From Deltaproteobacteria bacterium (GTDB taxonomy: Bacteria > Myxococcota > Kuafuiibacteriia > Kuafuiibacteriales > Kuafuiibacteriaceae), in the NCBI GenBank assembly GCA_040218735.1, contig JAVJQW010000050.1, forward strand, positions 340,171 to 404,170: 64,000 nt of DNA, in the 5' to 3' direction. This document shows, piece by piece, positions 27,201 through 36,143 of this stretch. The position numbers and the translations under genes are program-made. The notes under the pieces were generated by a model. That model was not told where the DNA came from. It worked only from the letters and a program-made list of their open reading frames with translations, and made no database searches. Position 1 is the first letter of the stretch, and every line of letters starts with the position of its first letter.

Positions 27201-28046
27201 GTGCCGCGCTGCGCGTTCCTGTCCACCGACGACCTCGAAGGGTTCTGCGTTTACGACCACCTCGCCGTCCCCGCGCTGAACGACCGCGGTATCGAAGTCG
27301 ACGAAGTCCCGTGGCGCGCCGACGTCGACTGGTCGCAGTACGCCATGGTCATCGTGCGTTCGACCTGGGACTACCAGCAGGCCCCCGACGCCTTCATGGC
27401 CGCGCTCGCGCGGATCGACGCCGCGACGCACCTCGAGAACCCGCTCGCGGTGATGCGAGGGAACATCGACAAACGTTACCTCGGCGCGCTCGCGGAGCGC
27501 GGGGTTCGGATCGTGCCCACGACGTTCTTCGATCACTTCGACGCCGACGCGATCGTCCGGGCGTCGGCGCCCTTCGATCGCTTCGTGGTCACACCGGCGG
27601 TCGGCGCGAACGCCGACGACGTCTTCGTGTTGGAGCGCGGCGCGGACCTCGACGCGGTTGCATCCACGTTCGCGACCCGCCCGCACCTCGTCCAACCGTT
27701 CGCGGAGGTCATCCACACCGAGGGGGAGCGCTCGCTGTTCTTCTTCGACGGCGAGCTCTCCCACGCGATCGTCAAACGCCCCGCAGACGGAGACTTCCGC
27801 GTGCAGGAGGAACACGGCGGCCGCTTCGAGCTCGTCACGCCGACGGCCGCCGAGACCGAGGCCGGCCGGCGCGCCCTCGGCGAGATCGGCGAGCGGCTCC
27901 TCTACGCGCGCGTCGACTTCGTGAACTGGGACGGCGCCCCCGCGCTCATGGAGCTGGAGCTGATCGAGCCGTCGCTGTACTTCGAGGTGTACGAACCGGC
28001 GCGAGCACACTTCGCGGAGGCGGTGATGCGGCGACTGAAGCCCTGA
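27201..28046 (+). CDS. ATP-grasp ligase (RimK/DcsG-like)
   Basis: IVRSTWDY, NIDKRYL, LVQPF, GERSLFFF, DFRVQEEHGG, YARVD, LMELELIEPSLY; GTG start inferred. Confidence 0.88.
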   Translation: MPRCAFLSTDDLEGFCVYDHLAVPALNDRGIEVDEVPWRADVDWSQYAMVIVRSTWDYQQAPDAFMAALARIDAATHLENPLAVMRGNIDKRYLGALAERGVRIVPTTFFDHFDADAIVRASAPFDRFVVTPAVGANADDVFVLERGADLDAVASTFATRPHLVQPFAEVIHTEGERSLFFFDGELSHAIVKRPADGDFRVQEEHGGRFELVTPTAAETEAGRRALGEIGERLLYARVDFVNWDGAPALMELELIEPSLYFEVYEPARAHFAEAVMRRLKP

Positions 28047-29040
28047 GGATCGCGAGCGCGTCCTCGAGCTTCTGCGCACGCTTCAACGTCTCGAACGCCA
28101 CCGCCATCACGTGGTAGGTCTCCGACAGCGCGCGCACCCAACCCTTGATGCGGTTGAGCGCGACCCGCTCCGGGTCCGCGAAGCGGCTGTCGCGCAGCAC
28201 ACGCTCGGCGAACTGGTGCAAAAGATCCGCGCAGCGCTCGGGCGGCCAGAAGTCGGCGTCGAGCTTCGCGATGCGACGGAACAGGTTCGGCGCGCGGAAC
28301 GCGCCGCGGCCGAGCATGTACGCGCCGCAGCCGGTGACGTCGCGGCACGCGTCGAAGCTCGCGGGGTCGAAGATGTCGCCGTTCGCGACGACCGGCACGG
28401 ACACCGCGTCCGCCGCGCGGCGAATGCGACCCCAGTCGGCGGTCGGCTTGTACATCTGCTTCTTCGTGCGGCCGTGGATCGTGATCCACGCGGCGCCGCC
28501 GGCCTCCGCGGCCTCGACGATCGCGACGACGTCGTCCGGATCCTCCCAGCCGAGGCGGATCTTCGCCGACACCGGGAGGTGCCCCGGCACCGCCGCGCGG
28601 GTCTCGCCGATGACCTCGGTCAGGCGCGACGGCTCGCGCAACAAGGACGCACCACCGTCGCTCCCGTTCACGCGCTTGGCCGGGCAGCCGAAGTTGAGAT
28701 CTACGCCGACCGCGCCGAGCTCCGCCGCGCGCTTCGCCGACGCCGCGACGAAGTGCGGCTCACCGCCGAGCAGCTGCACGAGCACCGGCACCCCCGACGG
28801 CGTGTGCCCGTCGTTCTCCAGCTCGGGGCACTCACGCAGCAACACCCGCGCGGGCACCGGCCGGTGCGCGACGCGAATGAATTCCGTGACCGAGAGATCC
28901 ATCGCGCCGAGCGCGCCGAGCAGATCGCGCACGATGGCGTCCGAGATGCCCTCCATGGGCGCTAGCGCCAACACCGGGGCCTCGGGCGTGCCCTCCAGGA
29001 GCACGCCGCCCGGACCGAATGGATTTCGCGAGGACGTCAC
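27946..29040 (-). CDS. dusC: tRNA-dihydrouridine synthase (DusC-like)
   Basis: LAPMEG, VLVQLLG, DLNFGCP, SAKIRLG, IHGRT, ANGDI, MLGRG. Confidence 0.85.
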   Translation of the reverse strand: MTSSRNPFGPGGVLLEGTPEAPVLALAPMEGISDAIVRDLLGALGAMDLSVTEFIRVAHRPVPARVLLRECPELENDGHTPSGVPVLVQLLGGEPHFVAASAKRAAELGAVGVDLNFGCPAKRVNGSDGGASLLREPSRLTEVIGETRAAVPGHLPVSAKIRLGWEDPDDVVAIVEAAEAGGAAWITIHGRTKKQMYKPTADWGRIRRAADAVSVPVVANGDIFDPASFDACRDVTGCGAYMLGRGAFRAPNLFRRIAKLDADFWPPERCADLLHQFAERVLRDSRFADPERVALNRIKGWVRALSETYHVMAVAFETLKRAQKLEDALAILRASVAASPPPRSVLAPVRTPRSTATARSAPAP

Positions 29041-29044
29041 GACG

Positions 29045-30631
29045 TCACCGACCGTAGAGGCGTTGGATCCCCTCTGCCAACGACGGAGCGATGTCCGGGC
29101 CCAAGGAATTCACCTCGCCGTACTGCCGGCGGCCGTAGGCGAAGGGTTCGTCGAAGTCGAACTGCACCTTCGGGATGATGTACCCGAGCGCGTCGTTGCC
29201 CTGGTTCACGATCGCCCGCGTGCGTCCCTCGGGCATCAGCGTCACCAGCGGGGGCTCCGGCGCCGCGTCCAGGAAATCGACGCCCTCGTTCTCGACGATG
29301 AAGGAGCCCCCCTCTCCGTCCGTCATCCACAGCTCGGGGTACAGCTCGCCCGGAACCGTCACGATCTCCAACGGCCCGAGCGTCACCGCGCCGACCTCGG
29401 ACTGAATCTGCACCGCACCCGCGAGCGCCTCGTCCACGTTGAAGGCCTCCGCCTGGGCGCGCGTCAGCGGCTCGTCGTCCGCGTCGAAGACCCGCCGGTC
29501 GAACAGCCCTGCGATGTACCCCGTCAGGAACGCGAAGTTCGCGATCGTGAGCTGCACCCGCTCCCGACGCGCGCCGAGCGTCTGGTCCGTCGAAGCAGGC
29601 GCGGCCTCCAACGCGGCGATCGCCCGCGCCGCGACCTCGCCCCCGATGTACTCCGCGAGCTCGTACGTCCCGGCGGGACAGGTGCGGTTCCCGTCCGCGT
29701 CCGGGCAGCCCTGGATGTGCAGCGGGTTCATCAGCCCGCCGAGGGTCCCCGGCAGGAACAGCGACGGCGCGTCGAAGTGCGCCTCCATCCCTTCGCGAAG
29801 GTAGTGCGGGTAGTCCGACGTGATGAGGGTGTTGACGTCGTCGAGGGCCTCCGGGTGGTTGCCCCAGAGCACGAGCGACGCGATCGCCGCGCCGGTCGTA
29901 TCGCGCGCGAGCAGCGCGGTGACCGTGGTGTCGACGACCTCGGGGTCCCGGCTGTCGTCGATCAGGTGCCGCGTGTCGGTCGCCGTCGCGACGGTGAGCT
30001 CGGCGTCGGTCAGCGACGATTTGGCGTCGGCCAACGCTTCGACCGCGCGCCGGACGATCTCGTCGAGGTACGTCTCGTCGCGGCCCGACTCGAACGGCGT
30101 CTCCCCCCACGGGCCCATCGCGTCGGGGCTCTCGTGGTTGTGGGTGGAGGCGACGAGCACGTAGTCGTAGCCGAGCCCGGCCTCGCGCGCCGCCTCGCGG
30201 ACGCGGATGACGTCGTCCGAGAAGTAGCCGATCAGATCGAGCGCGACGACGCCGACGACGAGGTCACCGCGTGAGAACGCCATCGCGCGCGCCCACAGGT
30301 CGTCGTGCACGCCCGTCGCCGCGCGGCCCCGGCCGAAGCCGGCGAGCCACACGGGATCGTACTCGCCGTCGCCGTCGAGATCTTCGAAGGCCTCACCCTC
30401 CTCCCAGCGCCCGTCGCCGTCGTCCTCCCAGGTCTCGACCGCCGGGGTGATCGTGCGGACGCCGACCCCGACGCGCAGCGGTCCGTCCGCCGCGCGGCAC
30501 GCGGGATCGCCGGGGCACGTGAGCGTGAGGAGCCGACCGTCGTCGTCGAGGAGCGGAGGGACCTCGGGATCGTCGGGGGTGCTCTGTCCGCACGCGGACA
30601 ACAGCACAAACGCGATCCAGGCCCTCCGCAT
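29045..30631 (-). CDS. Lipoprotein, neutral/alkaline ceramidase-like hydrolase
   Basis: Lipobox LLSAC; WLAGF...GVHDDLWARA, STHNHESPD, NHPE, PGELYPE; DxDGDG Ca-binding-like loops. Confidence 0.8.
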   Translation of the reverse strand: MRRAWIAFVLLSACGQSTPDDPEVPPLLDDDGRLLTLTCPGDPACRAADGPLRVGVGVRTITPAVETWEDDGDGRWEEGEAFEDLDGDGEYDPVWLAGFGRGRAATGVHDDLWARAMAFSRGDLVVGVVALDLIGYFSDDVIRVREAAREAGLGYDYVLVASTHNHESPDAMGPWGETPFESGRDETYLDEIVRRAVEALADAKSSLTDAELTVATATDTRHLIDDSRDPEVVDTTVTALLARDTTGAAIASLVLWGNHPEALDDVNTLITSDYPHYLREGMEAHFDAPSLFLPGTLGGLMNPLHIQGCPDADGNRTCPAGTYELAEYIGGEVAARAIAALEAAPASTDQTLGARRERVQLTIANFAFLTGYIAGLFDRRVFDADDEPLTRAQAEAFNVDEALAGAVQIQSEVGAVTLGPLEIVTVPGELYPELWMTDGEGGSFIVENEGVDFLDAAPEPPLVTLMPEGRTRAIVNQGNDALGYIIPKVQFDFDEPFAYGRRQYGEVNSLGPDIAPSLAEGIQRLYGR

Positions 30632-30636
30632 CGCGC

Positions 30637-31881
30637 CTAGAAGCCGTGGAGGACGTCTTCGTGGTTGGTGCGAATCACCGTGAGGCTGTCGCTGTGGATC
30701 GGGACGACGCCGCCACCGAACTCCTCGGTGCAGGTGCCGTCCGTCGACACACCCACCGCGTAGGTGACGTCGACCGCGAGGCTGCTCGTCGCCGTGACGC
30801 CGGCGAAGCCGGTCGCGAGGTAACGCCCGCGCTGCGCGGTGTAGCGCTCGCGGCGCGCGAGATCGTAGTCGTCGTCCGGGTAGTAGTCGCCGAGCGGAAG
30901 CGGCGAGAACCCGCCGGTGGCGTTCGTGATGCTGCGTCCGTCGGCGCTCGAGCAGTCGCGCGCTTCGATCAGCGCGTAGCCGTTGCCGAGGCCGTCGTCG
31001 AGATCGTCCGCACCGGGCACCGGCACGCCCGCGCCGGTCGCGGCCGCACTCAACAGGTCGCGGGAGCCGATCACGAACTCGAACGTTGCGTCGGGCGTCG
31101 TGCGCTCGACGCTGCTGAGCTGGCAGTTGGCACCCGCCACCTCGGGGCTCGCGTTCCGGCGGATGAAGCCGGGGTAGTAGGTGTCGATGAACGGCGAGCT
31201 CGCGGTGCTGCTGCGAACGCGCAGGTTGTAGAGCCGCTCGCCGAACAACGTCGTCGCGCCGAGGTCGGAGAAGCCGAGCTCCATCGCCCAGCCGCTGTCG
31301 CAAATCGCGCCTTGGACCGTGCGGAAGTTGTACCCCACCGGGAGCCGCTCGCTCGGTTGGCGATCCTGGCCCGTGATCCAGTCGTAGCTCGGATCGACCG
31401 GGTCCAGCTGGTCGTCAACGAACGGGAACACTGCGATCTCGAGCGCCGCGATGTCGTCGGCGGTCGGCTGGGCGCCCATGAAGTCGACGCACTCGAAGAG
31501 GCAGTACTCGAACGACATTGCCTGGGGCGAGATCGGGTCGTCGATGCACGAGGTCACACCCGCGCCGAACTGCGTGCGCGGCTCGTCCGTGACGTCGTCG
31601 ACGGGCACGCTCGTGCCGTCCACGTCGACGCCGTTGGCGCCGCGGCAGTAGTGACCGGCGTCGCGGCGGGGCCCAGCGTCGCGGAAGCCCGCGTCACGGA
31701 AGCCGGCGTCGCGCGGCGGGCCGGCGTCGCGGCGCGTGCCACCGTCGCGGTCGGCGGTCGTGTCGTCGTCGTCGCCCGTTCCGCAGGCTACGAAGAGCGC
31801 GGAGGCGGCGAGCAGAACGAACAGTCGGTTCGGGCGGTCAGCGTGAAAGGAGGAGAGTGCCGAGGAGGAGCGTCGCATCAT
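30637..31881 (-). CDS. Hypothetical lipoprotein with RDAG linker
   Basis: LFVAC lipobox; RDGGTRRDAGPPRDAGFRDAGFRDAGPRRDAG; start uncertain. Confidence 0.75.
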   Translation of the reverse strand: MMRRSSSALSSFHADRPNRLFVLLAASALFVACGTGDDDDTTADRDGGTRRDAGPPRDAGFRDAGFRDAGPRRDAGHYCRGANGVDVDGTSVPVDDVTDEPRTQFGAGVTSCIDDPISPQAMSFEYCLFECVDFMGAQPTADDIAALEIAVFPFVDDQLDPVDPSYDWITGQDRQPSERLPVGYNFRTVQGAICDSGWAMELGFSDLGATTLFGERLYNLRVRSSTASSPFIDTYYPGFIRRNASPEVAGANCQLSSVERTTPDATFEFVIGSRDLLSAAATGAGVPVPGADDLDDGLGNGYALIEARDCSSADGRSITNATGGFSPLPLGDYYPDDDYDLARRERYTAQRGRYLATGFAGVTATSSLAVDVTYAVGVSTDGTCTEEFGGGVVPIHSDSLTVIRTNHEDVLHGF

Positions 31882-31929
31882 TTGTGAAAACCCGGCGGGA
31901 CCATAGGGCACCGCGAGTCCCAGACGCAA

Positions 31930-33516
31930 CTATTGGCAGTCGAACAGCGTGAAGGGCCCGGGCCCGTAGAAGCCCTGGATGACCTGGGCGATCATGTTCG
32001 GGTCGACGTCGGTGCCATCCGGGGGCCGCTCCCAGCAGCCGTTGCGGACGACGCCGCAGGCGTCGAGCTCGAAGCACATCGGCGGCGTCTCCGCGAGCGC
32101 GCCGAGGATCTGCGGGTCCCCGTACGACGGGATCCCGTTCAGGAAGACGAGCCGAATGTCCTGAGGCCGGGCGCCCAGCACGGAGGCGTACGGGGTCGCG
32201 GGGTCGACGTCCAACAGGACCAGGTCCGCGTACTTGCCGGGCTCGATCGAGCCCACCCAGTTGTCCACCGCCATCTGGGCCGCGGGGACGATCGTGCTCA
32301 TCGCGAGGTAGTCGTCGTCCGAGAACAGGCCGGGCCAGCGCTGGTCGGCGGTCGCCTTCGCGGCGCGGAGCTCGTGCAACACGTCGTCGGCGCCCGACGG
32401 CGTCCAGTCCGGTGCGATCGACACGGACACGCCGGCGTTCATCGCCGCCTGGACGTCGGTGGTGTCGCCGTACAGCGCGAAGTTCGACGACGGCGACCAC
32501 ACCAACTTCGAGCCCGCGTTGCCGACGTCCACGAAGTCGGCGGGCGTCAGCGCCGTGCCGTGGATGATCACCGTCTCCGGCCGCAGCAGACCGAGCGCGA
32601 CGAGGTCGACGTACTCTTCGCGCGCGCGCGTCGAGAGGCCCTCGGCGAGGTGGATCATGTACGCGGTCGTCTCGCCCGACTGCATCTCCATGATGATGTC
32701 GTCGGCGTCCATCTGATCGACGGTGTCGATGCCGAGGGTGTTGGAGCGCATCCGGTCGTCGTCCCAACCCGTGTACTGGGAGGTGAGCTCCGCGTTGCGG
32801 ACGAGCCAGCGATAACAGACGCGCGGCTGGGGCGTGCCGAAGATCGTGGTGGTGCCGTTCACCAGCGCGCGGATCTCGCCCCACTGCACCATCGCGCAGA
32901 AGGCCGGGGCCACGCCGCTGTTCTCGCGGTAGGGCGTGACGAAGTCGCGGTACGCGCTCGAGCCCTGCCACTCGGTGTGGTCGGCCCACTGGCGGCCCGA
33001 CTCCCATTCCGGGAGCCAGTTGTAGGCGACGTGGTTGTGGGGGTCGACGAGGCCCGGGATGAGCACGCCGCTCGTCTGGATCACCGTGGCGCCCGTCGCG
33101 TTGCAGATGCCCTCGCCGCCCACGCACTCGATGACGTCGTCGACGATCAGCACCTCGCCGGGGCTGATCTCCATCGTCTGCCCGTCCATCGGGAGGACCG
33201 ACGCCGCGCGCACGAGGATGCGGCCGAACGTCGCAGGCCCGCCGTCGATCACGCCGCCGCCGGCGTCACGCCGCGGGCCGGCGTCGCGCGGAGGTCCCGC
33301 GTCGCGGGGAGGACCGCCGTCCCGGAGAGGGCCGCCGTCGCGCATGCCGCCGTCGTACCCGGGCGGACGCATCCGAGGGCCTCCGTCCGAGTCGCTGTAG
33401 TTGACGCAGTTGCCTCCGACGGAGATGAAGCCCGACTCGCAGCGCTTGTGACACGCTGCGGCGAAGTGGCCGACCACGAGGATCGCGGCCGCGGCAACGA
33501 AGCGCGCCGATCGCAC
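31930..33516 (-). CDS. Exported amidohydrolase (nucleoside deaminase-like) with RDGG/RDAG linker
   Basis: PGLVDPHNH, IHLAEG, IIHG, WSPSSN, APDW, GSIEPGKYADLV; signal ending AAAC; GTG start inferred. Confidence 0.85.
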   Translation of the reverse strand: MRSARFVAAAAILVVGHFAAACHKRCESGFISVGGNCVNYSDSDGGPRMRPPGYDGGMRDGGPLRDGGPPRDAGPPRDAGPRRDAGGGVIDGGPATFGRILVRAASVLPMDGQTMEISPGEVLIVDDVIECVGGEGICNATGATVIQTSGVLIPGLVDPHNHVAYNWLPEWESGRQWADHTEWQGSSAYRDFVTPYRENSGVAPAFCAMVQWGEIRALVNGTTTIFGTPQPRVCYRWLVRNAELTSQYTGWDDDRMRSNTLGIDTVDQMDADDIIMEMQSGETTAYMIHLAEGLSTRAREEYVDLVALGLLRPETVIIHGTALTPADFVDVGNAGSKLVWSPSSNFALYGDTTDVQAAMNAGVSVSIAPDWTPSGADDVLHELRAAKATADQRWPGLFSDDDYLAMSTIVPAAQMAVDNWVGSIEPGKYADLVLLDVDPATPYASVLGARPQDIRLVFLNGIPSYGDPQILGALAETPPMCFELDACGVVRNGCWERPPDGTDVDPNMIAQVIQGFYGPGPFTLFDCQ

Positions 33517-33572
33517 GGGCCGGATTGTAGGGAAGCGCCCGCTCGCCAACCACCGACATCCGGGGGGGTGCC

Positions 33573-33608
33573 AAACGGCGCGAAAGCTGAGTCGCCCGTG
33601 CGCCGTTT
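33573..33608. repeat. 9-bp perfect inverted repeat between divergent genes
   Basis: AAACGGCGC (33573-33581), 18-nt spacer, GCGCCGTTT (33600-33608). Confidence 0.5.
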
Positions 33609-33658
33609 CGAGACGGTCGGATTCAGCCGAGGCGGGGGAGCGTCGATTCGAGGCTTCG

Positions 33659-35032
33659 ATGAAGCGCTCGTTCCTGTTCGCGATGTTCGTTGGGGCCGCT
33701 GGGTGTAGCACGGAGGCGTTGGAGCTGGAGGCGCCCGCGGCGAACGACGCACCGTCGTTCGAGCTCGCCGACGCCACGCCGACCCTCGACGTCCCCGCGC
33801 ATCCTCCGGTCGGCGCGCCTCCCGTCGGCACGCCGATCGAGCCGCCGGTGGCGCCCGTCGACGTGCCGCCGGTCGTCGCGGTCGGGTTGGGGCGACGCCA
33901 CTCCTGCGCGGTGACCAAGCTCGGCGAGCTGTTCTGCTGGGGCTCCGGCGCACGCGGGCAGACGGGCCACGGTGACGAGGAGACCATCGGCGACGACGAG
34001 CTCCCCGCTCAGCGCAGCCGCGTCGACCTCGGCCACCACTTCGTCATCGACGTCGCGGCCGGCCACCACCACACCTGCGCGCTCACCGGCGCGGGCGAAG
34101 TCCTGTGCTTCGGCGTCGGCGCGTACGGGCAGCTCGGCCTCGCTTCGACCGACGACGTCGGCGCCACATCCGCGCCGGACACCGTCACGGCGATCGGCGG
34201 GAGCGCGGCGCAGATCGTCGCGGGTGAGCTTCACACGTGTGTGCTCCTCGACGACGGGCACGTCCGCTGCTTCGGCGCGGGCGACGACGGACGCCTCGGT
34301 TACGGCGACGCCCAACACGTCGGCGACGACGAGGCGCCGCACGTGCGCGACTTCGTGGACCTCGGCCTGAACGTCGTCGCGCTCGCGGCCGGCGACGCGC
34401 ACACCTGCGCGCTCTCCGTGGAGGGGACCGTACGGTGCTGGGGTGAAAACGACGACGGGCGCCTCGGCTACGGCATGGTCGGCGACATCGGCGACGACGA
34501 GTCCCCGAAGGACGCCGGCCTCGTCCCCCTCCCCGGCCTCGCAGTTCAGATCTCCGCGGGCACGAGCCACACCTGCGCGGTGCTCGAAGACGGCGGCGTC
34601 GCGTGCTTCGGCAAGAACCGCTACGGCGAGCTCGGTACGGATTCGGCCGAGACGATCGGCGACGACGCCCACGACACGATCGTCCGCGTCGACCTCGACC
34701 TCCCCGTCGCGGAGGTGTCGGCGGGCAACTTCCGCACGTGTGTCCGCTTCGAGACCGGCGGCGTGCGTTGCTGGGGCTACCCGTTCGACGGCGGCCTCGG
34801 CGTCGGCTCGATGACCTACGCGCCCTCCCCGCGCGCGGCCGAAGACGTCGGCCTCGGTATGGACGCGTTCTCGATCGCCTCCGGCGGCGACCACTCCTGC
34901 GCGATCGTCGAGGGCCGGCACCTGAGGTGCTGGGGCCAAGGCGAAGGCGGACGACTCGGGTACGGGAGCGAAGACAACGTCGGCGACGACGAGCTCCCCA
35001 TGGTGATGGGCGACGTCGCGCTCTTCGACTAA
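33659..35032 (+). CDS. RCC1-repeat (beta-propeller) lipoprotein
   Basis: Lipobox AAGC; seven repeats of G.xHTCA...G.V.C(W/F)G....G.LG, most with (I/V)GDD. Confidence 0.92.
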   Translation: MKRSFLFAMFVGAAGCSTEALELEAPAANDAPSFELADATPTLDVPAHPPVGAPPVGTPIEPPVAPVDVPPVVAVGLGRRHSCAVTKLGELFCWGSGARGQTGHGDEETIGDDELPAQRSRVDLGHHFVIDVAAGHHHTCALTGAGEVLCFGVGAYGQLGLASTDDVGATSAPDTVTAIGGSAAQIVAGELHTCVLLDDGHVRCFGAGDDGRLGYGDAQHVGDDEAPHVRDFVDLGLNVVALAAGDAHTCALSVEGTVRCWGENDDGRLGYGMVGDIGDDESPKDAGLVPLPGLAVQISAGTSHTCAVLEDGGVACFGKNRYGELGTDSAETIGDDAHDTIVRVDLDLPVAEVSAGNFRTCVRFETGGVRCWGYPFDGGLGVGSMTYAPSPRAAEDVGLGMDAFSIASGGDHSCAIVEGRHLRCWGQGEGGRLGYGSEDNVGDDELPMVMGDVALFD

Positions 35033-36084
35033 CGCCGAACGTAGAGGTTGTCGCGGCGCGCCGCCTGCACGGCGCGGTCGACGCCGCCGGTGCGCACCCA
35101 ATCGAGCACGACCTCGGTGAGCGCTTCGGGGACCTGGGCGCGCTCGGCGTTGCCGCGCAGAGCGCCCGCGAGTTTTTCGATGTCGACGCCGCGTTCGTCG
35201 CGGAAGAACGGCTTGGCGCCCATCGCGACGGCGCCCTCCAACAGATCGAGGGCGGCGGCGCCGAGGGGGCGTTCACGTCCTCGCACGTTCGCCATGAACG
35301 CGACGACGTCTTCGCCCGCGAGCCCGTAGCGTTCGAGGAGCGCCGCGTTGTTCGCGAAGCGCGGCTTCACGTGGGCGACGAATTCGTCGTCGGTGAGCTT
35401 GCGGTGGGCGGCGAGCACCGCCACCGGCGTCTCGAGGTCCGCGAGGTTCAGCCACGGCGCCGCGAGGAGCGGGAGACGAGCGTCGTCGTCCGTCCAACCG
35501 TCGAGCCCCGCGAGGGCGTCGCGCTGGCGGTCGAAGAAGTCGAGCGCAGCGGCGACGACGTTCTCCGTCTGGGCGGCCTTGCCGTGGATCGCGTCGGCCT
35601 CGCGCAGCAGCGCGCGGAGGTGGTCCGGCGCGGGGTGATCGCCGAGCGCGACGCGACGCGACTCGCGGTACGCTTCGAGCTCGGCCGCGGCCCCGAGGAA
35701 CGGCGCGGGGTCGGCCGGTCCCTCGTGGTCCCTCGGCCACGCGCCGTGCATCGCGCCGACCTGCGCGAGGAGCTCCGCCGGCGGTTTGATCGCGACATCG
35801 CGCGCGACGGAGCTCGCGCCCTGGATCACCGCCCACGCCGCGGCGGGCGTACGCTCCGGGCCGACGTGCCGACCGAGGTAACCCGCGAGCACGGGCGCCC
35901 ACTGCGCACGCGGCAGACGCGCGATACGCGAGACGGACAGACCGCCGAACAGCTGACGCAGCTCACCGACGCTTCGGTCCGCGAGCGCGACCTGCAACGT
36001 GGGCGTGCGCGCGAGCGTTCGATTCGACGCGACCGACGCCTCGTCCGGGACCCGCCCGAACCCGCCGTCGCGCCGCACCCGCAT
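35029..36084 (-). CDS. Hypothetical helical protein (351 aa)
   Basis: Fills the gap with plausible composition; stop overlaps the RCC1 gene stop; no recognised motif. Confidence 0.65.
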   Translation of the reverse strand: MRVRRDGGFGRVPDEASVASNRTLARTPTLQVALADRSVGELRQLFGGLSVSRIARLPRAQWAPVLAGYLGRHVGPERTPAAAWAVIQGASSVARDVAIKPPAELLAQVGAMHGAWPRDHEGPADPAPFLGAAAELEAYRESRRVALGDHPAPDHLRALLREADAIHGKAAQTENVVAAALDFFDRQRDALAGLDGWTDDDARLPLLAAPWLNLADLETPVAVLAAHRKLTDDEFVAHVKPRFANNAALLERYGLAGEDVVAFMANVRGRERPLGAAALDLLEGAVAMGAKPFFRDERGVDIEKLAGALRGNAERAQVPEALTEVVLDWVRTGGVDRAVQAARRDNLYVRR

Positions 36085-36143
36085 CGATGCAGTCTAGAGC
36101 CCCGCGCGGGCCGACACGAGAGATTTTCGCGCTTCGCCGTCCG

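Noticed and set aside
27946-28046. 101-bp convergent overlap of dusC and the ATP-grasp gene as antisense regulation
   Set aside because: The overlapping DusC tail is low complexity; simple stop-codon drift is the likelier explanation.
33560-33575. TTGGCAC on the minus strand as a sigma-54 promoter; also CTGGAACACCGTGC near 61657-61670
   Set aside because: The -12 GC is absent or wrongly spaced.
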